64,000 nucleotides of DNA. It comes from Phoronis australis. Taxonomy: Eukaryota; Animalia; Phoronida. Shown piece after piece: positions 1-21,900 of the stretch. Made by a program: the position numbers and the translations under genes. The notes under the pieces were generated by a model. That model was given only the letters and a program-made list of their open reading frames with translations. It was not told where the DNA came from and searched no databases. Where the stretch lies: assembly GCA_002633005.1 (NCBI GenBank), contig NMRA01000623.1, forward strand, positions 179,410 to 243,409, written 5' to 3'. Within the stretch, counting starts at the first letter, position 1. Each line of letters begins with the position of its first letter.

Positions 1-790
1 TTTCTTACTCATCTCTGACATCTTCAGTAGTCACTTGATTGTTATCATCATGTTTATAATTGCCACCACCATCATCTTTATCATTCTCATTATCATCTCC
101 ATTGTCAATTTTTCTATCCAATTTCTCCAAATGTCAATCCTCCGAGTGCTGTTCGCACTCTACTGGTCGCATTTTTCGTCCGACTTGCACGAAATTCACA
201 CACAACCTCTAGCTTTGGAAAAGCTCGAACCCTATTGTTTTCGTCATGATCGGATTAAAGATGGCGAACATGGCAGCCATTTTGTTTTCCAATTCAGACT
301 CTAATGCGCATAGAGGCCGTAATTTTTGACGTATTTTGGCTTTTAATTTAAAAAAATATAAAAATTTGAAATTTTTCAATTTTTTTTTTAATTTTGTGAG
401 ACTAGTGTGCTAGAGAGAGAGAGTTTTGAACCGGCTTTTAGAAGATGTTTTCCATTTTTCATTAAGACACCTTGTTTTCGAATTATTTGGGATTTTCTGA
501 TGACTCTGTTCCTTTGTTGACTGATTTTTGTTGCACTATTGTTGGTTTTCCTTCTTTTGAACAAGACCATATTTCTTACTCATTTCTGACATCTTCATAC
601 GTCATATGAATGTTATCATTACATTCATCATTGCCACAATCATCATCATCATCATCATCACTGTCATCATCGTTATTGTCATCATCATCTCAATTGTCAT
701 CTTTTCACTCAATTTCGCCAAGTGTTGCTCCTCCGAGCGCTTTCATTATTCGATTTTGCCAAGTGTTGCTCCTCAGTCCTCAGAGCTCTT
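1..790. repeat. Two related repeat copies with (ATC)n-rich low-complexity tracts
   Basis: TTTCTTACTCATYTCTGACATCTTCA recurs at 1 and 572, each followed by ATC repeats. This explains the Ile- and Ser-rich ORFs here. Confidence 0.6.
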
Positions 791-1728
791 TCCTTGAAAG
801 TTTACTTTGCTAACATTTAGGGTGTAATATAACGGTACCATTAAATCAGAACATTTTGAAATGCTTAAAATTGACTAATGCACTGAATTCTTAGAACATG
901 GATTGCTGTTAGCATATTTTTAGGGACTAGGTGTGTGTTGATGAAAGTCTCATAATAAAAGCAATTTAATCTGTTATCACATACCCATCCCATCTAGCAA
1001 GTAAAAAATTATCACCCCTAGTTTTTTTGCCCATTCCTCTGAGGGGGGGAAGGAATAAACCCAGTACAAAATAGGATTTTTGGTGACCTTACGAGTTTTG
1101 CTGACAACTGTCTGATTATTTATATTTCTTATCTCTAGTCTTAAAAAATGTTTTCTGTGAGATTTGAGTCCAGGTACCTGAATGTATTGAATTGGGTAAC
1201 AGTGCCCCCTGTTAGATAATAATTGATGTTTTTATGTAATTTGAGATGTTTGCAATCAATATGTTTGTGTGCCTTGAGTGAGGTCAATGGCAGGTCACAA
1301 ATGATCATTGCCTGGTATTGCCTGCCTCGCCCTATGAGTCAGGTCGGTTGTGCAATGAATATTCATTGGCTGGATGAAGGTTGTGGACTGTTTATAGCAT
1401 GTTGATCTAGTATTCTGTCTGCATTGAGCATCAGTGGCATTATGATGAGTGTGGTTGTCTGGTGATAAACTCAAGATATTCAAGGATATTTGTTGTTGTT
1501 GTTGTTCAGTGCTAAAATGCAACATTTTGGTCCTGCTGAAATGGAGAAATGTTGTCTGCTAAATATTGACTATTCTTCTCGCTTACCGGATGCAAATCTG
1601 TTTTCGCGTGAAGTCGACGACTTTGAGGACATTTTGGTGGCTAGTTACTGTGTCCTCTTTAAGTCACTTGTTTGGTGGGTGTTTTTAAAAAATTTTCTGT
1701 ACTGTCCATAATTTGCTTTCTTTTTGGT

Positions 1729-1833
1729 AGTGGTCGGATATAACGTGCCGGCATTATGAGAACCAGTTTTCTTCACTGAATAACAGGCATCAAACTGGTT
1801 CTCAGAATACGGGCACGTTATATGCGACTATTG
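1729..1833. repeat. About 105-bp palindromic dispersed repeat (mini-MITE); second copy at about 57230-57314
   Basis: TATAACGTGCC..TGAGAACCAGTTT...AAACTGGTTCTCA..GGCACGTTATA; near-identical core at 57239-57287. Confidence 0.65.
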
Positions 1834-3046
1834 CCTTCTAATTTGTGTTGTGTTCTTACAACGTGCCAACTGTCTGGAAGGTGTCTGACATACATTTTTG
1901 CATGCGTTATATAAAATCTTGTTCTAACTGAAGATGCTGCCATTTCATAAACTCCAAATTAGAAATCATGCTCTTCTATTGCTTAGCAGCACCTAAGCTT
2001 GAGTGTTTAGAAGAGTGACATGTGTTTGTTGACACCAGCAGACACTGGCAGATAAAGGCTGGTTGACTTGTATCACATTTATACATCATGTCCTGTCACC
2101 TCCTCCATGGGCTGGCTGCTGCTGTATCTCCCTTGAGGGATTTTCATGAAAGATTGCAGAAAACGTTGTTATCTTGAATGGGATGACACAAGTGAATTTT
2201 CATACATATTGAGTACTGCTGTGTCCCCTAGTGAACTTATTAGTTTTTCCCATTTGCCTCCATCTTAGGAGTTCTTTGACATTTTTTTGATGAAATTTGG
2301 CAGATAGGTTTCTATTGAGGTGGCAATGCCTTTCTGTTTTTGTAAAGATTCAACATGTGCCATCTAGTGACCAGTTTATGTTGGTCACAATATGTCAAGA
2401 TCCTTGATGAATTTTCATAAAATTTGGCAAATAGGTATGTATGATGACGCCTTTCGGTTTTGGGATGGATTTGATGTGTTCTGCGCCTCCTAGTGGTCAC
2501 TTTGTACTTTACCCGTTTGCTTCTATGTACCAAATTGCTAAAAAAATCTTGAAAATAAGCAGATGTGTTCTTACCAAGAGGAGAAGGATTGACATTAACC
2601 AGAAGTTTTATTTCAGACCAAAAAGCATGACATTGTCTTGTAATATCGGGCATCAAAAGCATTGCCAAGCAATCATTTTTGCTTTTGATAACCTTTTCTG
2701 CTTCCCCTTCTCGTAAAATGTCCCGTTGCTGAACTATTTTTACCGGATTCTCGAAATGTTGATTTCCACGACTCATTGCTTAGCTGTTCTTGGTCAGCTC
2801 ACTCATGGACCAAACGGTCCTGCCACCTGGTGACTTCATTAAGCATAACACTGCTGACTTGCTTTAAATCCCCAGGAGGCTATTTAAATTTATTAGCATT
2901 GCTCCCTTTAGTGGGAATGTTTAAAATAATTATGATACCTTGTATCTGCGCTGTACGTGATGCACGCTGGGTGCATATCAATGGTCCGTTCCATTCTTGT
3001 TCTTGAAAGGCGTAATTAATGAATGTTAATTCTTCCTATATTTCAG

Positions 3047-4288
3047 TGCTGGTCCTAGTACAGTGGGAATAGACAACAAGATAGAGGCAGCTATGGTAAG
3101 TCTACTACAGTTGTTGAATCATGTTAAGCATGAATTGATTTATGCAGGTTCTGTGGTTCTCATAAATATTTAAACATTACTCAGTATTTCTTTTATCAAA
3201 TAATCCCATTAAATGATAAGTTATGGAAATCATTAGAGGATGTGAGTGGTGTGCAAATGTGTGTTTAGAGTCTGAGTTGTCAGTGTAAGAGTTGTGCCTA
3301 GTCCACAACCTTGGTCATATGGTGCCAGGTTTTTCCTAGATAATGTCCCTGAAGTACAATGCCCTGTTCAACTGGTGGTTTATATTCTTAACATTATTTA
3401 AGTATGATGTTGCATTCCTCCTAGATGTCACAGAAATTGATAGCAGTGATATTTGTCTTTGTTATTAATTCTCGTGATATTAGAAAACCAGCTCTATAGC
3501 TGTTCTAGAATAAAAACTAGTCTTGACTACTCAAAACTATGAAAATTATACTGAACATTAATGAAAATCTATAAGCTTTTATTTTTATGTATGCAAGTTC
3601 CCCTTGTATATTAATTAATGATTGCATTCTCAGGTTTGTATAGCAGGACCTGTTGGCAGACTACAGTCTCAATAGTTCATTTGCTTAAACATTAATCTCA
3701 CAGCAAGAGCCCGATAAACACTGTCATTAGTGTGTAGAATTTTTTAGAATTTTTCTTTTTACTTCACATTTGCCATTGAAATTGTTGCTTCTGTGGAATT
3801 GTGATGGTCAAAGTTGCCAAGCGATGCATACTGTAGTTACCGTATTTGTTTTCTAATATGTTCGAGTTTTAGATCTTGTGTGTCAAATATCTTGGACAAT
3901 CACCATACCACACAAAATACATTGTAATGGGGAAAATCTGTAATGTGCATTAGGTGTACACAAAAAAATGTACTCTACATATGAACGCACGAGTTCAGTT
4001 GCACGCAGTTCATTGTGCTACACTGAACTTAAATTACTAGTATCTGTGTAACTGCTGTCATTTAAGACGTGAACATCTTTGCAGGACTTGGTCAAAAGTC
4101 ACTTAATGGCTGCTGTACGCGAAGAAGTTGAGGTGCTTAAGGAGCAAATCAAGGGACTGATTGAAACCAACAAACAGTTGCAGATTGAGAACCAAGCATT
4201 ACGTCAGACTGCTCCTCCGGAGGTGCTGGCAACAGTTACTCATGTTAATTCTGACCAACTGCCATCATCATCATCTACATCGTCATGA
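3047..4288 (+). CDS. TSC22D: TSC22 domain family protein (bunched/TSC22D homolog), last two coding exons; upstream exons not resolved
   Basis: Exon 3047-3095 (tttcag|...ctatg|gtaag) encodes [16 protein letters not shown]. Exon 4085-4288 (ttgcag|) encodes [41 protein letters not shown]...SS*. This is the TSC box plus leucine zipper (cf. [31 protein letters not shown]). Confidence 0.95.
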
Positions 4289-7200
4289 GCGCTAATCAGG
4301 TGTAGCTGTCTGTCTTGATGACACGTCGTTCTACTCATTTTCCCCGTAATGCCTCTAAGCTCCTTACTTAGGCTCGTTTCATTGGCCTACTTGCATAGGA
4401 AATGTAAAGACTCTGTATGATTTGCTATCATCGTTGTTGTATCACCACGCCATTACGCACGTGTGCACATGCATATACATGAAGCTAAGTTAAACTTCAG
4501 TCTATAAGTGCATGAATACTTTGCATCAGATTGTGGTAACCAATGTGTCCAAGGTAGACTCCAGCTTGACACATTGTTGCTACATGTGCAGTTACACCTT
4601 GTTATGCGGATGTACAATAACAGTGTTTACTTAACTTATATTAAGTTTAGTTGCTAACCTAATGTCCAGGAGCCGATTACTACCTGTATATACCTGTATT
4701 TATTTGGTGCTATATTCCTTAATATTGGATGTGGGTGTATACCTTGCAACACTACTACTTGCTACTGAAAAATCTTCTGGTTCAGTTCTTTAGCTCTCTC
4801 GCGTTATGTTTTTTTTACATTAATCCGCCAACATAGAATTGTTAGTTGGTTGTTTCTCTAACAAGAGTCTCTTGTTCTAGCTTGTTGAAGTAAGTGGCTT
4901 TATCTCATCAAAGGTTTCAATATGTAAATAAACTTTCAACAGGAAGACATTACTCAGAAGATCAAGTGACTAAACAATGAGTATTTTTCCGAGCGCAATT
5001 GCTAAGTACTGTTGAAATGAGGAGAAAATAACTGATACCATTAGAAAGAGTAGACCTTTGTGTGCACAATGCGATCAGTTTCTGTGTAATTATTCTTTCA
5101 AATTGTTGACTTCAACCCATATTGAACATTCTCACACTGTGCCCAGGAAATCTGTGTCTGTTTGTTTTTCCCAAAGATAATATAATATGCCTATAGTATC
5201 TGTGATGGATGTGAAACCTATTCAAAACATGTCATTTATTGATAAAATGTCACTTTTCTGTCACACCCATGCCATGAAGCTGGGCTAGAATAGGCGTGGC
5301 TAAGAACCAAACAGAATGCAGTAGTTTATGAGGTCACAGTTGCATTTAAAAACATGTTGAAATTCACTAGAATAATCCCTTTCTTACAGTCTTCCTGTTT
5401 AGGCCAACTTACAACCCAAGTGGTTCTCTTATAGAGGCTCAGTTGAACCAGCTGCATGAATTATGTTAATGAGGAGGTGGAGGAACCTAGAAGTACAAGA
5501 GTTTCCAACATTTGTCAACCAAATTACGTTTATAGTCCTAGTAACAACTTAGAGCTGCACTGCTTTCCACTTCGTGAATGTGAAATCAAGGTTATGCTAG
5601 TTTTAGCCAAGCACACTTGACTTTGCCATGGTGTCACTGGATTCAATATTCAGTCTAAATTCAAAGATTGGCTGTGGTCAAATTGAAGCAGTAAGATGTG
5701 GGAAGGCTGTCCAGCCCTGCGAGTTTCTGAAGCTTTACTTAGTTGACTGGTAAATCCTCAGAATGTTCGTCGTGGAAGCAAAAATGAAATGTTATCGTGG
5801 TAAAGGAAATTTTGAGGCCAGTTCTGTTGGAATAAGCAGTTTAGTTTTATGCTGTTTGGACAGCAAACTGAAGGCGATGCAGCTTAAGCGTATAAATAAA
5901 TTTTGGTTTATTCAACAGTAGTTGGGATGTGATGCGTCTGTTCCGAATTATAATTTTCAGACATTTGCTTCACTGGGCACTGTTGTTTATTTGTTGCACA
6001 ACTATCCAATAATACATGTTAATAGCTTGAAATGGTCGCAAGCACTTCTTATGTTTTGGTGCTGGTCCTAGAATGACCTGACCCTGTACAAAGTGTGTAC
6101 TGTAGTCACATGATGACTTTATACACTGTGTAGTTGGTAGCTGAAATTGCTCATTAGTAAGGACTGAGGAATAGCCTACTTACAACACATTGAAAGTCAA
6201 TTCTTGTAGTTACTGTAACAGGGCTGCCAAGTGTTAGGGTTTACCTATATTCTATGAACTTTTAAGGCATGAGAGGTCATTGCGCATGGGTTATAAAATG
6301 TGAAAGATACAGAAAAATATGGCTATATGAGGGAAATAGTTGAAAGCACAAGCTCCAACCAAGAAGTACCAGTGCATAATGTAATTTGCATATTGACCTT
6401 CCACTTTCATGATTGGTAAATGACCGTTTGGTCCCGCCCACTTCAGAACTGAAAATCCAGACACTGGGTGGTGAGACCGTCACGTCCACGAGTTGGCCTT
6501 CAAAGGACTGCCAAGCAACTGGGTTTGGAAATTGACGTTTCGGGAGTCTGCTCTAAAATAAATCAGCAGACAATTTACAAGGCAGCAGAAATGAAGCCCA
6601 GTTATCAAAAGCAGAAATGGTTACTTAGTATTGCTTTCGGTGCCCGATATGAGACAGTATCGTGCTTTTTTCGTGTGGAAATACCTAATGTGGTTACTCG
6701 TGGAGATAACTGTGACTGCTAGTGTTGTCTGATGAAGTAAATGCATTGGCTTGGGTCAAAAGTCAAACAAGATTTGCTGAAAGCCTGTCATCTGATGACG
6801 ATAGATTAACTATGCCGTCCTCAATACAGCATTGTGATGAGCTGAGATTTTAAATGACTGAAATTGTTGGTTTTGGGTTATTTTGTATTATGACATCTTT
6901 TTGAAATTTAAACCTTCAGAAAAATATGGAAAGGTACAAGTTTTAATGGGAAGGTAACAAATGAGTTGGCAGCCCTATTGCAGTTACATAACCAAGATTT
7001 GCCGACTGATTGTTGCCAGTTGTTGCGCTGTGGGAAGTCCAATGAAATGTAATGTAGGTTATCACCATTCTATGTTATTGTATACCGAGCTTGACTGTAG
7101 GTTATCACTATTCTATGTTATTGCCTAGTGAGCTTGACTTAGGATTTTATCAACATCTGTCAATATCCATCATTCATTTTGTAAATGTCTAATCATGTTT

Positions 7201-7290
7201 GTTTACTCCTCAGTGTAATATAATGATGGAGTGAACAGGTCACAACCTTTATGTTTATATCAAATGAAAATAAATTGGCTACATCAACTG
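4289..7290 (+). other. Probable long (about 3 kb) 3' UTR of TSC22D
   Basis: Stretch after the stop codon with no recognisable repeats, TGTAHATA motifs (about 4685 and 4923) and AATAAA at 7269-7274 just before a MITE. The 3' end is inferred. Confidence 0.5.
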
Positions 7291-7331
7291 TATAACATTG
7301 TTAAAATTTTCTGTGCAATCTTAGCAGTCTG

Positions 7332-7736
7332 GGCCCGGTCTCCAATCTTTTTACTCGAAATGGAACTCGAAATTAGGTTTGGCATTTTCTACTCTACTTT
7401 TGGGCGAACTCAAGATAAGTGTCTATTATTCTATGCTCAAGTACACAATAACTTACGTAGGTAATTTGTTGCAATTAGTTCACAGTTTGTAAACCCAATA
7501 TTAAAGCAATAAGTTCGAGTTTGAACTTGAAATTTCGGGTTTTTACTCGAGTTTGTAGCACGAATATAACGGTCTTCAAGGCCAAACTTGAACTAGAAAC
7601 TTCTATGCATAAACTATAATGTATTCGAGCACAGTCTCATAATCCAATTATCTTATTAAGTTTGCACAAAAGGAACAGAGAAATTGCCAAAAATAGTTTC
7701 GAGTTCGTTTTCAGTACAAAGATTAGAGAACGGGCC
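7332..7736. mobile_element. PIF/Harbinger-like MITE with long imperfect inverted ends
   Basis: ctg|GGCCCGGTCTCCAATCTTT ... AAAGATTAGAGAACGGGCC|ctg; 3-bp CTG TSD; the inverted similarity continues well inward. Confidence 0.7.
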
Positions 7737-9524
7737 CTGATCACAAAGGCCATTATGCATAACTCGTCTCTGAAATAAATGGTATTTACTTTGACAAAAA
7801 GTAAAATGAAAAATATTTGAAAAGAATCTTAGTCACATTTCAGATTTTTTTATCAAAGCTGTGAAGCCCATGCAGATGCCAAGCGTGCATTCCATAGACC
7901 CACCGTAAAAAATCTCTAAATTTTGCAGTCTCTAAAATTTAGAACACCTGAATTCAAGCTGAAACTGAATTTTCTTGATTCTGAAAATTGGGACGTAGGC
8001 ATTCATCATATTTCTAAAATATTGGACAATGTGTTTTGTTGCATGGAAGATTGGCTTGGTGTTCTTAAAATTGCCGACAATAGTCGCTAATGCAATGTGA
8101 AGTATCAGGTTGAATAATCATTCCTATTTGATTGTAATTCCTGAATTTTGGACAGCCAATATTACCTATTTCTAAAATTCAATACAAGCTCTGATCTTGA
8201 GCACAATAATTAATTTTTCACAGTGGAGAATTTTCACTGTAGTTTTTTTCTGTAGTTTCCTGCAAGAAAAGTAAGACTTTGCCATATACGTCCAGACAGT
8301 GTAAGCAAAGCACATGATCACACTGGCTTCCCCAGTGAGAATCTCGCATCTACAAAACTACCCAAGCTCTTGTCACAATGATCAACAGAAACATCCCCAT
8401 TCTGCTCTCAAAAAAGGAACCATTTGTACCACCTAGTGAAGGTCAGAGTTGCCATAACACACTTGCAGGGTGTGAAAACATTCCAGTGGTTGGTCATAGG
8501 TATCCCGAACCACTAGTCGGTGCAGGAATTTTATTAATTCTGTGGTCTAAAATGACAAAATTACAGGTGTCTGGCATTGGCCTGTTGAATCTGCCAGTAA
8601 ATTTTGCTTGGCCGTATCATCGCTGATGAGTATAAGTTGCACGAGATGCAACGGTCTTCGAAGATAAAAAATCCTGAACCAAAACTTTGTCAAAAGGGGG
8701 TCATCTTCAACAACAATCTGTTTTGTGCCTTTCAATTTACTAGATGAATAATAAAGCTTTGTCGAGGTTATATAAAACGATGACGATTAGCCGAAGTGAT
8801 CTACTATTTCCTGAAGTAACTCTTATGGAGCTGCTGATGGTTATACATACACCATTTCTAAGCAGGTGGGCTTTATTTGCTGGAAAACTGTTGATAGTAT
8901 GGACAACCACAATGCCCACAGTGCTGTTTTTAAAACCGATTTTTAAAACTGGTACCTTGGGTTCAAAACTAGTTGTACTCTGATCAGTAAGTCATGGCTT
9001 TTTGAGTTCTAAGGACACGGGTTGAGGATGAATACAAATCTTGCAGCTAATCAAAGCTAGAGAACATTAAGTAGACTAGACGGACACATGCATAGGCATT
9101 TGTACATAACACCAGTGTGTAGATCAGAACCACAAGCTTTTTAAACGTATTTTTCTATTTTATAAAATTACAACAATCATATAGGGGATAAATTGTGAGT
9201 AGGTATCAAATATTGATAATGCTGGGAGGTGCTGCCTTTTAGCCATGGAACCTTTTGGCCGTGGAAACTTTAACATAACCAAAAGTAAACTCAAGCTACA
9301 ATATAATTTAAAAATTATATTTAATAAATCTGTGATGTTACGTGTAGCTCAGTAATAAGGCAGTCATCACTGCACATTCAACTGCACATGAGTAATTCGG
9401 CGTAGATCCGAAGGTTCACAGTCATAATATATATATGTATATACACATTGTTCAGTGTTCGACGTCTCTATCATGTCCAGTGTTTGGTGCCACTATCATG
9501 TTCAGTCCTTATCAGTTGTCTTCT

Positions 9525-18925
<9,401 letters not shown>

Positions 18926-21900
18926 ATGGCGGCGCCCTTGCAAGCCCTTGCTGGTTGTAGTACTCTTGTTTGCTAGTTTGTTTAGTTCGTCAACTATTTG
19001 TTTAGTTCATCACATGTTTGTTTTGTTCATCACCTGTTTTTTTAGTTCGTTACTTGTTTGCTGCTAGCAGCAATTTGATATAAAATCTAACACTGTTCAT
19101 TTTTGCTCTGGGCTAGAATGAGATTGTGGCTGGTCCTTCTGTACGACTGTAGGTCAACACGTAGCCCCTCGGTTGGCCTGTTAGCAGGGATATACCTAGG
19201 TTTCTACTCGCCCATCCCGAAGTTCAGTCGCCCAGCCGTTTGCGTCACTTGCTGCCAATGTTAATAAAAATCATCGTTTCATGCTTTGGTGTCACTATCT
19301 ATAATCTATTAGGGCTAGTATCGTTTTTAGAAAATTAATTCCTACTAAGAAATGTTTGGCGCAGAGCTACATACAAAGTAGTAACATAGGCTACAGCTAC
19401 GGCGCCGATGTGGGTAAAAGGCTTATCAGATAAAATCTAACACAAAAGTAGTTTTATTAAAAACCGCACTCTTCCTCACCCGACGCCAAAATGGAAGCGC
19501 CCAACCAAAAGCAACAGCGCAAGAAATCAACTTGTCATTAAGCTCAAGTCAAACATTCTGTGCACATCCTCGAGGTCGAAAACTTATTCTTTGAACTTTT
19601 GATTTGCCTGGTGACTTTTTACACGATGTGTGTTTGCTACATCATTTTGGCACCCCTATGCATAATAGTTATATCGCCCGATTATTGAGCACGTGCTTGA
19701 ACAAGTGTAGTTCTGGCTTTGAACTAAAAAGAAAAGAAATATACAATGTATATAAAGTATTACATTGCTCAAACTAAGTTCAAAGTATTCAGTTTGAAAA
19801 TCTGTCAATCATTAGCACGTGCTTGGTTGCCAAACTATAAGTTCCGACAAAGTATTTATTAAGAAGACCTGTCAATCATTAGCACGTGTTTGGTTGCCTA
19901 GGTGTCCAGCGGGAAGCGAATCGTTACAAAATCAAGTGCTTCCCTTAGAAATACACAGCAAATAGTGGAGTCTTGCTTGATCTGTCTTTTGTCTCAAGAA
20001 ACTTGCACTACTGAACACACGCCTACCTGTAGGAATACCTTAGTTCTAAGAAATGACGAACAGCCACCGAGGTACGTAAAAACCCAATCACTCTCGGGAT
20101 CACGATGCCACTGTATCGTGCATTACAGGCCGTTGGAAGTCCGTTACCTCAATCCCCCAACCTATCTTTTTACTGATATGCCTTAAGTCCGACGTCAGTG
20201 TAGCTCTGTGATGGTAAACACAGTCCTCCGTGCAGTAAGCAACAAATCAAGACTTTTCATAAATTTCGATTTTAACTTCCCAGTCCCTGTTTTTAGATTC
20301 TCAATTTCACTTGCTGTAAGCACATGGACCGGTCTTCCACCTTTCTCCCATTTTTCTTCGTTTCGGGCTAGTCCACAAATTCTTTTGTGCACGACCAACC
20401 ATGGTGATCTCTTGTCTAGACGAATAGCGTGAGGGGTGACATCAACTGAATCGGTAGGAGCGCACGGCGCCAATGTTTTTTACTGCCAGAGCATTGACGC
20501 GCTGACCAAACTGAACCTTTGTTTTCATGATAAAAAAAGCTCAAGGAGGAGAAAATTTGTTTATGTTAGTTTGGGAAACGATAGAGTGCTTTTGCGCTCT
20601 GAAAATTCACTCGCCACCTGGGCAACCGGAAAGACAATTTCTACTCGCCCAGCACCATTTTTACTCCCATTGGTGACTGGGCGAGTGGCTAAGTATATCC
20701 CTGCTGTTAGGGGCTACAATACTTCGCATTGCTTTCTGTACCAATTTCGACCCGTGTATTTTAAACAAACGTTAAGTGAAATTTTCACCTCGTCAAAAAA
20801 TACATTCTACACTTAAAAATATCACTTAAAAAGGCGCTTACTTTCTTCAGTAATTCTTTCTGCTTCTACACATATCTTCGATTTAGCATAGCTATGAGAA
20901 TTAAGCTGACTTTGGCGATGAATTCCAACTGCACTTTTTTGGTCTTCGTTTACTTTCTTACAATGCACGCGATAACCACAAAGTATTTCAACTGAGTCAC
21001 GTGAGTTAGGCAAAGGTTAGCGCAAAGACTGAGCGAAGCGCATGACGTGACGTGTGACACTTGCAAAATAGAACGGGAAGATATCGGGTGAAATATGTTA
21101 GATTTTGTGTCCGTTGGACTTTTTGGTTGTCAACAAGCATGATTTCACGTAACTTTCTCACCCGGTGAGAGAAACTCGAACGAACCATGATCGGATTAAC
21201 ATGGATATGTTCAAGTTATGTTGACTAAATTGTATCCAGAGTCATGGTATGTGTTGATTATAACTCTATGAGCATATATCCATGTTTCATTCGATTTTAT
21301 TTGCTGTATTTTGAAATGCGTCACTTTTTATGGGGATGTACTATGGCCCCTGTATGCCTGCGGCATCCAAGGCAATGTAATTGCCTAGCCGATCTGATAC
21401 TAGACCATACCTCTAATACACACGATGTAAGTGAAGAAGGAAGTACTGTGTATGCCATTACACAGGAATAAAGATGTGTGGGGTAACCTGCTGCTCTGAT
21501 GAGGCTTGCAGTCTTGCCATTAGGAGGCGCTGCAATGTCATAGGTCAAGCAACAGACACTCACAGCGATCGACATGTGCGTTACATAGTGGCCACATGCA
21601 TCTATATCTGACTTCCAGCACATCTATTTTAGTTTAGTTTAGTTTCCTGACATGTGATGTCTTTACTATTATAGTTATGTTCTAACAGGTCAAAATACGT
21701 TTATGTTACAAAAGACTAAAAACGGTAATTACTGCAGTGCTTGTCTGCGTGTCCAATGCAGGACGGTACTGATAACGTGGTAGGAAATGAACAGGGCAAG
21801 TTGGGATGGTCAATTCTCCGAAGCCTACTTGTATAGTCATCCTACAGGTCTGATGGTGGCTGATGATGACGTGAAGACATGTGAACATATGCATCCAAAC

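Noticed and set aside
35-813. Hydrophobic Ile-rich ORFs resembling membrane peptides
   Set aside because: They are translations of (ATC)n tracts within a repeated element.
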